Assembly (NCBI GenBank): GCA_025201805.1
Contig: MU619303.1
Coordinates: 85,867-149,866 of the forward strand
DNA length: 64,000 bases
Reading direction: 5' to 3'
DNA from: Parasitella parasitica NRRL 2501
Taxonomy: Eukaryota; Fungi; Mucoromycota
The notes beneath the pieces were generated by a model. That model worked only from the letters and a program-made list of their open reading frames with translations. It did no database searches and was not told the DNA's origin. Shown one piece after another: positions 12,247-24,950 of the stretch (the stretch's first letter is position 1; every line of letters starts with the position of its first letter). Made by a program: the position numbers and the translations under genes.

Positions 12247-13179
12247 ATGGCCTCATTACAAAGTCTTAAGGCACCAACATTGATGAGTAAAAAAACTCAA
12301 AAGTCAATTCAGGCCGATGAGGACGACGATGTCATTATCGATGCTAATGCTTTACCAAGCCGCTTAGTAGATCAAGACATTGCCATGGAAGAAGATGTTG
12401 CTGACAAACCCAATTTTGCTCCTGCCAGTGCTGCCGAGCTCAAGGTATTATGTGTATTTTGGATCTATACATAGATTAACCCGGGAATCGTGCATAGAAA
12501 GTTGTAAAAGGCTCCCGTAAGATCCCTATCCCTCCTCATCGTATGTCACCTTTAAAGAGACATTGGATGGAAATCTACTCCCCATTGGTTGAACATATGA
12601 AACTTCAAGTTAGAATGAATGTTAAAACTAAAACTGTTGAGCTCAAAGTAAGTAGAGTAGACATAGTGTGTATGTTTACTGTATAGAGCAATCTTGTGGT
12701 TGACACATTTGTGCTATAGACTTCGGCTCAAACTGAAGATGAAGGCTCATTACAGAAGGGTGCAGATTTCCTCAGAGCTTTTGCTCTAGGCTTCGAAGTC
12801 GAGGATGCCATGGCATTATTGAGATTGGACGATATTTTTCTGGATACTTTTGAAATCAAGGATGTAAAGACTCTGCATGGTGATCATTTGGCTCGTGCTA
12901 TCGGTCGTATTGCTGGTCGTGATGGTAAAACTAAATTTACAATCGAAAATGCAAGCAAAACAAGAATTGTCTTGGCCGATACGTATGTATTTCATTACGC
13001 ACAATATGACTGAAAAAAAAAACTGACTTTCATACTATAGTAAAATTCACATTCTTGGATCTTTTCAAAATATCAAAATCGCTCGTGATGCTGTTGTCAG
13101 TCTTATCTTGGGTAGTCCTCCTGGTAAAGTGTATGCTACTCTCCGTACCATTTCTGCTCGCATGAAGGAACGCTTTTAG
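12247..13179 (+). CDS. PNO1: Pre-rRNA-processing KH-domain protein Pno1/Dim2 (4 exons)
   Basis: [104 protein letters not shown]. Confidence 0.95.
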
Positions 13180-13311
13180 ATTCTTATTATATAGCTGCAA
13201 CTGCCATCCATTTATTATCATTACTATTTCCCCTGCTTACCAATTTGTTTTCTTATATACAACATTTTTCATCTTGCTTTTATATATATTCGTAAATAAA
13301 GAAATATAAAC

Positions 13312-14360
13312 TTAATGTACATTTATTCTCATATTCCCATGCTGCTGATAATCGTACAGTCGTAGCAAGTTGCGTTCTAACATGGCCACAGTTACTTTGC
13401 CTACGGAAGGAATAAAATGTGATGCCTTGGATGTAACATCTGGATCAAAATTTGCAAATGTCGAAAAATTGATGCAGATGGCGCCTGGTTTCAACAATTT
13501 CGTAGGAACTCTGTAGTTGGGTGTTGGCACTCCTGTTATCACAATATCAGATTGGGGTATGACATGGATGCATTTCAAATCTGTATCGACTATTTTGCAC
13601 TTTTTGTTTGAATCGAGTTCTGTAAATGTCTGAACATCGCTTTGATCAACAGAATACACTGTGGCTCCCTCGTTAGCCAGTAAGGCAGCTAGTGGTTTGC
13701 CTACAATCTCACTGCGATTTATAACAGTAATGGTTTTATCCTCTAAACGGGTACCGTAGGGTAGATCCGCCTTGTATACGCCTATGAATTCCATGATCTT
13801 CTCTTCCATCAATTAACATGCACATAATTGTTGAATTATGTGTGGTGCTATACATACCTTTACGATAGCAAGAGGTGTGCAGGGTATAATGCTTTTCATA
13901 GACTTAACATCATCGATAAATCTCTTGTTCTGATATACATTTCGGACAGCTATGTTTCCCAGGCCCTCCACATCTTTCAGCGGGCTCACTCTGTTTTGCA
14001 GATATAAATCTAAATGGTTTCCAAATATCGGGTAATACACCATGATTCCATTAATGCTTTTATCTAGATTTGCTTCCACTATATTTTTTTCTAATGCGTC
14101 TTTATCCACCTTTATTAGATTGAAGTTGACACCTGTTTCGCTACAGGATCTTGCTGTCCATTCTGCATATTTTTTTGCAGCAGGATCATTATTAGCAAGA
14201 AACCCAACCAATGTAGGTTTGATGTTGCGAGCAGATAATGTCTTCTTGATATGATTCCTAAAGGCTTGTCTCTAGTGTCAAGAGGACTGTCTAGGTTGTC
14301 ATTATCTTACCTAAAGCTTGAAGCTATTGTAGAAGCCAAAACAGTTTTACAGCCTGTCAT
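13312..14360 (-). CDS. MTD1: NAD-dependent methylenetetrahydrofolate dehydrogenase (monofunctional), 3 exons
   Basis: MTGCKTVLASTIASSFR|NHIKK...PTLVGFLANNDPAAKKYAEWT, GIMVYYPIFG, KDVEGL, IIPCTPLAIVK, VINRSEIVGKPLAALLANEGATVYSVD, PSVGKVTVAMLERNLLRL. First intron 14258-14310. Confidence 0.93.
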
Positions 14361-15473
14361 TATGCAAATTGCAAATAAAAAAAAAAATAAAAAAAAGCAT
14401 ATTAGCAAGAGGAAATTCAACTTTTTGACAGCTGAGGTGGCTTTTATGATCCGGATACTAACTCCAGGGCAATAGCTAGGAACATGTGTCTGTAACCAGG
14501 ATACGTTTTGCTTCTGTTCCTGGGCAGGTATAGCAATGTGACAGAGCCCCATCAACCAAAGTTTGTTTCGGTTGTGATACAATATATTCTTTTCCTAGCA
14601 AAAGTCTGAAAATTATTATTAACCGTAAATGAACAATGAATAAAAATGGATAAAAAACCTTGAACATCACGATATGTTCTAAATTTACAATGATAATGGC
14701 ATGGCACTGCACTGTTCATGGTACAAAATATCTGCATTAATATGTCAGGCCTAGCATATGTACCAGGATTTAATTTTTCATATCAAAAATTTTCAACATT
14801 ACACGGCAAGATGAGCCTTTAAATCTTTTGCTATTTCAAATTGTCTGCTTCTCTTGTGGATAATTAAAGATTATAGTGTCCCCTTCCACTGAATAATCTA
14901 TTTTTAACGGCTGTGGTCTCCTTTAGGTGGCACGATGCATTCAATAAGAATAAATGAATGTAATATACTACATCTTGATAAAGATCAATTATAAACTATT
15001 TCTTCCTTAAAGCATTATTCCACATTCACCAGACTCTAAAAAAAATCTTCTATCATTTATCACAGTCATTTTATAAATGCTAATTGTTTCATATGAAGTG
15101 CACTATAGCCTCACATTCTGTATAATGAATGTAACACAAGTGAGAGAGGGAAGAAGGCGGAGATGGCCCATGTTGAAGTTTGTCAGTTGCACATGAACAA
15201 ATATCTTCGGGAGGGCGGGGAAGTGCAAGACGACCCCACATGAGGGTCTACGGGCAACTATGTAGGATTAATAGAGTAGACTAGCTGTGAATCAGGGAGG
15301 GAAATTCTGATAATGCCTCATAACAGATGTCAAACGAGTATACGTAACTGAAATCTAGAAAACACCATTATACCTGAAAAACAATTTGCACAAAGACGCA
15401 AGATTTATATATAAATAGATCAGATTCTCAATTCATTTGTTCTCCCTTTTTCTTTTCTAGTTTTCTTAAAAAC

Positions 15474-17510
15474 ATGAAGGTTGGGTTCCTATATGTACTG
15501 TTTGTTGGCTTGATTGGCATTGCGTTTGCTCAAGTTGATACAACCGAAGGCGCTCTAACAATTTTCGCCACTGCAGATGCTACTACTGCTGTTGTCGCAA
15601 CTGCAGATGGTACTACTACTGCTGCCGCAACTGCAGATGCTACTGATACTGCTGTCGCAACTACGGATGCTGTCGAGACACCCACCTCAGATGCAACAAC
15701 TACAGTAGCTGCAATTACATCTTCTTCTGCTGCCTCCGCTACACCGTCTACAACCGACGCAAGCAGTTGTCTGGAGGCTGATTCCTTCTCTTCTCATGAT
15801 TACTTCCCCAATAAACTGGATTTCAGTAAACTAGGTAAGAAATCAAAGGTTGCGTGTAAGCGCTTACTCAAATCTCTATATAGATTCTACTTCTCAATTC
15901 AATGTGACATATTCCAATACTTACAAGTTGGTTCATAACATTGTTTTGGATGAGTACTATGTGCTTTACTGCACCAAATCCGCACCTTCATTGGGATCTA
16001 CTTTTCAGTCGAAAACTTACATCCAAATCCCTGCCAGCTCATTTGCAGCCGTCGACACCCGTGTACTAGGCTTCCTTGATGTAAGTATCTATTTGGGGGG
16101 AATTGTACTACACTAGTACAAGCCTATGTTTTCTGCATTCTATACAATTATGCTCATGTCTATATACAATAGCTGCTTGGGCAAAGTAGCAGTGTCGCTT
16201 TTGTTGGAAATACAAGCAATGTGACAACACCCTGTATTACAAACAATCCAGCATACTTTAACATGAGTGATCCCAACTTGGACCGTACAAAGTATGGTCT
16301 TGCTTTCTACCCCAATTCACCTAACAACGATCCTAATGGTGTTGGCTTAGGTATCGGATATACCAATACGCCACTTGGAGTAAGTATATAGGTGTAGATG
16401 TCCGCATGTATGAGAACATTGCACGAGAATTGACACTTTCTTTACAATGTAGAATGCTGAATGGATCAAATACGTTGCACTCTTCACAAATCAAGAGACG
16501 TTGGCCGACACCATTTACGAGGATATTTCAACAGACTACAAAACTTACCGTGATAGTCTTGTGGGCCACATTTCTTACAAGCGTAATATTACGTTCATGG
16601 ATTATGATACATCGTCCACTAAATTCAACATTATGCAAAACCAATATTTTCAAAACCTAACGAGCGATGCTGGAGCAACACTAATTGTGCCAACTGTACT
16701 TCAGCCTGCCGATCCTTCTGTGATGAAAGGACAATTGCAAAACACGTCGCTTGTGATTGATTTGACTCCAGCGTATGCATTTAACTCGAGCTATAGTGGC
16801 TGGCAAAGTTGGCTGGGCTTCTCAGATGACAAGATCAGTTCAGCAACCTCAGCACAAGCTGAGGCTTTTAAGCAAACGAGAAAGTACGTGAATTCGGTTG
16901 ATGCGCCCCCATTCGCTCGAAATAAGCAAGCATGGAGACTTGATTTGGTTTCCAATGATGGGGCTTTGGGTAACTTGATTTGTTTTCAAATTGCATATAT
17001 AAATTTCATTAACTTGGCTTATCAGATTGGTGGACTCGAGGTATGGCAAGACCCGATCTGCTTCTTCAAGACTTGATTCAAGCACAGTTCCCCGATTATT
17101 TCAATACACGTAATCGAGTATTCCTCAGAGCCTTTGCCAACGATGAATCAAGTCGCACAGCGTCTCAAGATAGCTATCAATGTAACATGAATAGCTGGAA
17201 AAAAGCAGCCAGTGTCTCCTATGCTAACACTGCCTCAGATACCCCCACATTGGAAGCCCTCAGCAATAAACTTTCTTTGGGTGCTATTATCGGCATCAGC
17301 ATTGCCGGTGGCCTCGTTGCGCTCACCTGTTTGGCAACTGCTATTACTATGCTTTTTCGAAAGTTCAAAGATGGAGGAGGCAAACGTTTTACTCGACTTC
17401 ATGATGAAACTATGAGCGAATTCGGTGTATTGGATAGAGATCCAATGATAATCGACGAAATAACAACACCACCAGGAGGCCGTCTTGGAGGCTCAGGCAG
17501 AGCCTATTAA
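15474..17510 (+). CDS. CBA1-like (cobalamin acquisition protein 1 family) substrate-binding protein; type I membrane protein, 5 exons
   Basis: Signal peptide and a Thr/Ala stalk, then DYFPNKL, FNVTYSNTYKLV, YYVLYC, IQIPASSFAAVDTRVLGFLDLLG, NVTTPCI, TPLGNAEWIKYVALFTNQE and PFARNKQAWRLD...LDWWTRGMARPDLLLQDLIQAQFP. C-terminal TM helix (GAIIGISIAGGLVALTCLATAITMLF) and cytosolic tail. The motif series resembles class III (BtuF/TroA-like) binding proteins and algal/plant CBA1, from recall. Confidence 0.75.
15567..15672 (+). repeat. 30-bp coding tandem repeat (~3.5 copies)
   Basis: gcnactgcagatgntact... units encoding ATADATTAVV / ATADGTTTAA / ATADATDTAV / ATTDA. Confidence 0.85.
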
Positions 17511-17721
17511 AAAATGCTAACTGTAAATAGAAGGAAGAGTGAAATAAATAACACATGTAAAACAGAAGCATTTATCATTATAATAAGTTTGTAATACTAA
17601 CTATGAATGTTGTTTGAAACTGAGTTGCGTATAAATACATGCGTTTGCGATGCTTAGTTTCCTACTTTCCCTGCTTTCTCCTTTTTCTTTACAAAAAAAA
17701 CAACCTATTCTATCATATCCT

Positions 17722-18067
17722 ATGCAGCCTGCTATTACAACTTGTCCTGCAACCTGTGAATTATGCGGTAACTGGCTTCCTCAACATCAGGTGGGTTTAA
17801 TGTGATCATTGTGTGTTGTATACATTCATATATCCAAAAATTAATGTGATGGATAAATTGCATTAGCCGTCTTGCCCCAGGAATGGCGTCCATCCTTCTC
17901 AATGGCAGCTATTAAGCGAAATCCCTACCGTCTCATTTCTAGCAACGTATCCACCAACAACACTGTCACTGTCATCACACACATTATCATTAGCATCTAT
18001 ATCTATACATTATCATTCACAACATCGAGAACACTGCTATACCCAAGAATTTTCCCCATTCTGCTAG
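17722..18067 (+). CDS. Candidate small two-exon gene (89 aa) with C-x2-C-x6-H-x3-C motif
   Basis: TATAAATA at ~17630 and a CT-rich leader. ATG 17722, phase-0 intron 17791-17866 (gtgggt...cattag). Spliced product MQPAITTCPATCELCGNWLPQHQ|PSCPRNGVHPSQWQLLSE...HYHSQHREHCYTQEFSPFC*. Confidence 0.5.
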
Positions 18068-19064
18068 GAAGGTGTAGTTGATCTCTGCTTTATATACCTC
18101 ATTCTATTGCAACCAACTCTTTTTTTTTTTTTTTTTTTTTNNNNNNNNNNCAATAAATGCCAAATTTGGCTATGAGTCATGTTTACTTTTTAGCATTCAC
18201 ATTTGAACATTTTGAAATACTCTTGAGTATCAAGGTTGCAACAGTACATATGCTACTGCATTTTGTTAAATTTGCATACCAAATACAAACTGCTACCACT
18301 CAAGATTTCTCACCCCTTTGTGTTTTTACACCAGATCCAGTACACTGAATAATGTAAATAATATAAATGACAAAATTTTGTGATACCAGTACATCAGTCT
18401 ATTCTGTCCAACCATGCAAAAAAAAAGCAAACAAATACAAGACATTTGTGCTTTATATGATGTATTCATGGTTTTTCTTTTGCTTCTACCTAACGGTACT
18501 GAAGCGGTAAGCGTTCTCGAACGTGTCGTTTGCATGAATCGCTTTCAGGCTTGTAAAATGGAAAATTGATCAACATTTCAATCTTTCAGCGACAGTCTAG
18601 CCTTTTTTCTTTTATAGGTATATTTCCTCAAGTCTACTTCTAAATATGTTGAGGAAAACAGTTATATCTTACATCTGTATAAATTGGATTTTGCGTGATT
18701 TGCAACAGCACCACCCTCCTTCAAAATAAGTTGATATTCTTGGACTTGTATACCTTTATAACCTAATTACTGATTAAAAGCATCGTTTTTAACAAGTAAA
18801 ACTTTCTCGGTTTTGTTTACTACTTTATTAGGCCCCACTCTGGAGCCCAGAGATAAGACTACAATTTTCTGCATTAAAAAAAAAAAAAAAAAAAAAAATC
18901 TCGAGACAGCCGCAGCTGTATGCAAAGCTGCAATCAATGCTTTTGCTGCGGAAGACTCGATGTGTTTTTATGAAAAGAATTACTATTTGAAGGTTGTGGA
19001 ATCAAATTTTGTGGCACTCGAGTTTGAATAATATGTGGCCCTTATTGCCATACAAGATAAAAGA

Positions 19065-22000
19065 ATGCTCCGTTCTTCTTTTTGCTATTTACATTTTGTA
19101 ATCACCAAAAACTCTTCTTTGAAAGAATAACGCAAGAGAAACAGAAATATTGTTGTAAATGGTAAAATAACTGAGCTGACCCTGTATTCTTCGAATAGTG
19201 TCAAAAGATTAACATCCTATTTCTATCGCCTCAGGAACAACACGAAACAAATAGCAATCTTTCCAGGTTAATATCTTGAATTAATGATATACTCATAATG
19301 GCTAACATTCAAGATGCATATATCATACTAGAATTGCAAATGCAATATTACCTACCCTAATAACAATATCAAGCATCTTGTTTTTGGCCTACAAACGATA
19401 CGGATCAAAATATGCGACATTTGCTGAAATCGACTCAATCACGATTTCTATTCAGAAAAGAAGACTGGCACTCATGCTCTTTACGAGCATTCAGACGGTA
19501 AACTGGCTGTGTCAATTCATTCAGCACTCGCTAGAATCAACTTATCATCATCTAAGCAAATCCCTATCTCTTGCTTGCCTGTTTGTTACTTGGGTACATG
19601 CGTATATTGGGGGGGGGGGCGGGTGATGGAGGGGGGGGGTATTATAGCAGTATATTTACTAACACGGTGTCTCTTTCATATAGTTGACTCTGCTCGTGTT
19701 GTCATTCACATCACCAAGCCGGAATCATTACAGGGAGCGAGCCTATAATTATATATTCACTTTTGATTTTTGCTATTTATTTTTGGACAGCGTTTATCGT
19801 CTATTGTCAACTGACAAGGTGCGGAATGTGGATGCTCTCTACTGTGCCATCAGTTTTGCTGTTTTAGCAATTGCTGGCACAACACCTCAGCCATTTCATC
19901 CCAGAGATTTACGAGCAGCAAGCTACGAGAGTTTGGAGATCAAGGATGGAATTGTGTATCGCAATGTAAGTTTTGGTAGTTTTTTTTTTTGGCTCATTTT
20001 CTGATGTTGTATTGATGGCATGACGCATAAAATGTAGAATCTTGCATTAAGTCCAGAAGCGACAGCCAGCATATTTTCATGGTGTTCTTTTCAATGGGTA
20101 ATATTTTAATGCTGTTGTTTTATTTTACAACATATTAGCTGATGCTGTGTTTCTAACATTAGATGAATCCTTTGGTTGTGTTTGGGTTTCATAACACGGT
20201 TACTCGCGAAAACATCTATGCAATGACATTTCAGCATTTATCCCGCCCCGCCTATGAGGATTTTGTAGACACCAAGGCGTTTATGGCTCGTGCCAGAGTG
20301 CTTGGTCGCATTTACAGAGCCAACAAGAGTACCATTTGGTATCAGCTCATTTTTTCAATGACGGCTTGTTTTGTTGCCTATCTCAGTCCATTCTTCCAGC
20401 AAAAATTTCTGCAGTATATTGAGCTTTATGAGGAAAATACGCCCATCCAAACGGCCTATTTGTATATCCTTTGCTTATTCCTTGTTGGTATAGTCAAATT
20501 GCTGTGCAATTCAGTTCAATTGTGGATGGGCCGTCGCTGGAACATCCGGACGCTGATCATGTTGGACTCTGAAATCTTTTTCAAGACACTGAAACGAAAG
20601 GATATGTCTGGAAAGCTCTCCAAGGCAGCTGAGGTCGCCGAAATAAGAGCTGATGGAAAGAAGGAGGACAGTAAGGATATCAAGGCTAAAAAGAAGGGAA
20701 GCAAGGACGAAGACGAGGAATCGTTCAGTAATGTGGGCAAGATTACCAACTTGATGAGCGTCGATGCTGACAAGCTGTCTGACATTCCCAGCTATATCTT
20801 TGTAAAGTGTATACGCACACCCTGACAGATCAACCCTTATATCCAGATATGCTAACTTGCATACATTATAGATGATTTACACCGCACCTGTAGATGTCAC
20901 CATTGCCGTTGCATATCTGTACAATCTGCTGGGTAATGCTGCATTGGTTGGTCTGGTTGTCATGCTCTTATGCTTTCCAATTACAGGTCTTTTGACCAAG
21001 AAAATGTCCGCCAGTTACAAGGCCCTTACCACTGCCAAGGATCGCCGTAACGATCTTGTAAACGAGCTCTTGCAGGGTATCCGCATGATCAAATACTTTG
21101 CTTGGGAGGACAACTGGAGGGAGAAAGTATTCAAGGCTCGTCGTGACGAGATCAACAAGCTGATCAAAACAATCATCATTGATGTCTTGGTCAATCTCAT
21201 CTTTTTGACTGTGCCTGTGTTGGTTACAGTGACCTCGTTTATATGGTACACCAAGGTTTCTGGCAATGAGCTCACTGCTAGTGTTGCCTTTGTCAGTATC
21301 ACTCTGTTTGAAATGCTCCGCGGCCCTCTTATCTTTATCCCTGAAACAATCAACACATTTACAGAGGCGTATGTCAGCTTGAACCGTATTGCCGACTATC
21401 TGGAGGAGCCCGAAGTGGAGGAAAATGTCAGCAAGGAGTCTGTTGAATGTCCTGAAGGCGTGAATCCTCAAATTGTGCTGGCACGTGTTGGCTTTGAGCA
21501 ATCTGTGTTCCAATGGCATATTGAAAAGAAAGCCTCGGAAGCTTCGGCTACAACTGCATCTGCAGGGGACCAAGAACGCCATATCATTTCCGCTAGCTCC
21601 ACATCCTCTACCTTGAATGTTGTTGCTGCTCATTTAATGCCTCGCCGTTCGTTCCAATTGAACGTGCCTCGATTCAATTTTCCTACTGGGAAACTAAGTC
21701 TGGTGTGTGGTCCTACTGGCAGCGGAAAATCCAGTTTCCTCAATGCACTGCTGGGCGAAATGGACATCATCTCAGGCCGCATCTATTTGCCGTCCAAGAC
21801 TGTGCTTGCTTGTAAAAACGTGTCCAACATTGACCCTGCGTTTAATGACCTCTGTCTTGATAAAGTAGCCTACGTAGCCCAGCAACCCTTCCTGCAACAT
21901 GCTTCCATTCGTGACAACATATTGTTTGGCCTGCCCTTTGACGCTGCCCGTTATAAAAAAACGCTGTATCAGTGTGCCTTGGTCAAAGATCTAATGATTT

Positions 22001-24552
22001 TGCCTGATGGCGACCGCACTGAGATTGGCGAAAAAGGCATCTCGCTTTCTGGAGGACAAAAGCAAAGAGTGTCATTAGCCCGTGCTGTCTACTCCAATGC
22101 TAAAACTGTGCTTTTGGACGACTGTCTCAGCGCTGTCGATGCTCATACATCCAAACACATTTACCGAAAATGCTTTATGGGCGATCTTTTGATGGGCCGT
22201 ACTGTCATTCTGGTAACTCACCAAGTCAGACTTTGCTTGCCTGGCGCTAGTTTTTTTGTCAAGATTGACAATGGTAACGTGTTGGGTTGCGATACCGTCG
22301 AAAACTTGAAAACAAGCGGCGAATTGCAAAGGCTTTTGGGCGCTCAAAAGCAAGAGGAAGAGGAGGAAACTGAAGACCTCGTAGACACTGATAATGCGGA
22401 TGCTGACGTCGATCTTGACAATAAGACTGAAGCTGCAAAGCTTGTACAAGCAGAAACCTCTGAAAAGGGTCAAGTAAAACTCAAGGTGTACGTCAAATAT
22501 TTGGCTGCGTGTGGCGGCTGGACGTTCTGGATTGCATTGCTATGCTCTTACGTGCTTGCTAGGCTCTTGACATTTGGCGAAAACTGGTGGTTACGAATCT
22601 GGGCTGCATCATACAGCAACGAACATGCACCTGGCAGTGCCAACCTCTCAACCCTGGCTGTAACAACTGATTCCTATCCCCAATATCTTTTCTTAAACAG
22701 CAAATCTCCAGTGATCCCAGGCGTGTTTGATACCCTGGGTGCTGCTGTCCAGAAGCAAAACATATTCAGAGCTTGGGTATTTGAAGAGAATGCGCCAGTC
22801 AACGTTGATTACTACATTGGCATTTACATTGCCATATGTACCACCTATATTCTGTTTGATGCATGTAGAAATATACTGATTTACTGGGGCTCCATTCGTG
22901 GTGCACGCACGCTCTTTGATTCCTTGCTTAACCGCATTATTCATGCTCCAATGCGCTTCTTTGACACGACTCCAGTTGGTCGTATTCTAAACAGATTCGG
23001 CAAAGACATATCTACCATCGATATGCAAATTGCTCGCTCTGCTAGCTTCTTGATTGAATGCGTCACCGGTGTTATCGCTTCAACTGTTGTCATTTCCATC
23101 ATCACTCCTCAATTCTTAATTGTTGCTATCGGCATCAGCTGTCTGTACTTTGTCATCGGCTTGTTCTATCTTCGTATTTCTCGAGAACTGAAGCGTCTCA
23201 ATTCGGTCAGTCGATCCCCCATCTACTCTCATTTCACGGAATCACTGATTGGCGTAACTACTATCAGAGCATACGGCGTCGAAGAGCAGTTTATGCGCAC
23301 TGTGTATGAAAAGATTGACGCATTTGTAGCACCCTTCTACTATCTCTGGATGAGTAACCGCTGGCTGTATTGCCGTATTGAATTCACAGGAAACTTTGTC
23401 ACATTCTTTACGGGCATCTTTTTGATTCTGAACATTGATCATATCGATGCTGGCATGGCTGGCATTGCCTTGTTTTATGCTCGTAGCTTTTTGGACAACA
23501 TTTACTGGTTTATCCGTCAGTACACTAATGTAGAAATGAATCTTAATTCAGTTGAACGCGTGCAAGAATACCTTGAGCTGGATCAAGAACCACCCGCTAC
23601 TATTGATGGCCATAAACCCCCTGCTGCATGGCCCACAACAGCCGCTATTGAGGTCAAAGATTTGGTCATTCGCTACGCTCCGGAACTCGATCCTGTTCTT
23701 CATGGCATCTCCTTCTCTACCCGACCCCATGAAAAAATAGGCATTGTTGGTCGCACAGGCTCTGGTAAGAGCACCATGGCTTTGAGTTTCTTCCGTTTCT
23801 TGGAGGCAAGCAAGGGCTCAATTTTTATTGATGGCATTGATATCTCTACTATTGGTATCCAGGATTTGCGCTCACAAATTACTATCATTCCTCAAGATGC
23901 AGTCTTGTTTTCTGGCACTATCCGTTCCAACATTGACCCTTTCGAGGAGCACTCAGACGAGGCTGTATGGGAATCACTAGAACGTGCCCATCTTTCCAAA
24001 GTATCAGACCGGCTCAACAAGTTGCACAGCTCAGGCACTAGTACGCCTCGCAGTGCAGCAAGCACACAAGCTATGGATAATGAGCAACACATCTCGGTCA
24101 TTACAAGCCTAAATCAACAGGTCAGCGATGGCGGCAATAACTTTTCTCAAGGGCAGCGTCAGTTGCTGTGCTTGGCTAGAGCACTGCTCAAGAAGAGCAA
24201 ATTGATTATTATGGATGAAGCAACTGCAAGCGTGGATTTCGACACTGATACCAAGATTCAAGCAACCATCCGCGAAGAGTTTACCAATTCGACACTGCTG
24301 TGTATTGCCCACCGTCTTCGCACGGTCATTGATTATGACCGAATCTTGGTGCTGGACCAAGGACGTGTGGCAGAATACGATGCTCCCTACAACTTGCTTG
24401 TTCAAGACTCTGGCGTTGGTATATTCAAATCCATGTGTGAAAAGTCGGGAGAGCTGGAGGTGCTGCTCAGGATGGCTACAGAGTCCCACTTGAGCAGAGA
24501 GCATGGTCAAGCGCTAGACAACAGACCTGATAACCATGCAGCCGTTTACTAG
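19065..24552 (+). CDS. ABCC/MRP-family ABC transporter (Ybt1/Bpt1-like); 5' exons tentative
   Basis: Two TMD-NBD halves. NBD1: GPTGSGKS, LSGGQKQR, LLDDCLSAVD. NBD2: GRTGSGKS, FSQGQRQ, IMDEATASVD, IAHRL. Also FFDTTPVGRILNRF and SRSPIYSHF. Start 19065 is inferred via small exons 19065-19097, 19199-19266 and 19331 onward. Confidence 0.92.
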
Positions 24553-24950
24553 AGGCTATTTTTCCCAAATGCATTTTTATTTACGCAAATCTATACCATT
24601 TCAATAAACATTTTTTGACTTGAGAGATGTCTGCCGAATGTGTGTTCATTAAGCAATGTCTGCGCTGTACCAGTGTATACAATGCGCTACGTATCGTATA
24701 AACTATCCAGCAGATGGCTATGCGCTGGATCTTTTGAAACAGACCTTGATTACATTCAGCCACATTGAAATTACATTTTTGGATAGCCTAGATACCGTAG
24801 TACAAGTACAGTACCTTAAACACGCTACACTGATGAGCCTCATTCGAGTCACAGAAGCCAATAAGGCTACCCGTTTTAATTAGATATATGGTTGCATTTG
24901 GCTATTTTTAGTCTGCCTCTTCTTTTCTTTTCTTCATCTTTTTGTTCAAA

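Noticed and set aside
15140-15330. G-rich segment with small hairpins (gaccc-cacatga-gggtc) upstream of the CBA1-like gene, loosely resembling a cobalamin riboswitch (gggaagtgcaa)
   Set aside because: It lacks the conserved GCCACTG/B12-box elements and lies upstream of the TATA-like sequence at ~15406, so it is probably not in the mRNA. An Infernal search against Rfam cobalamin models would settle it.
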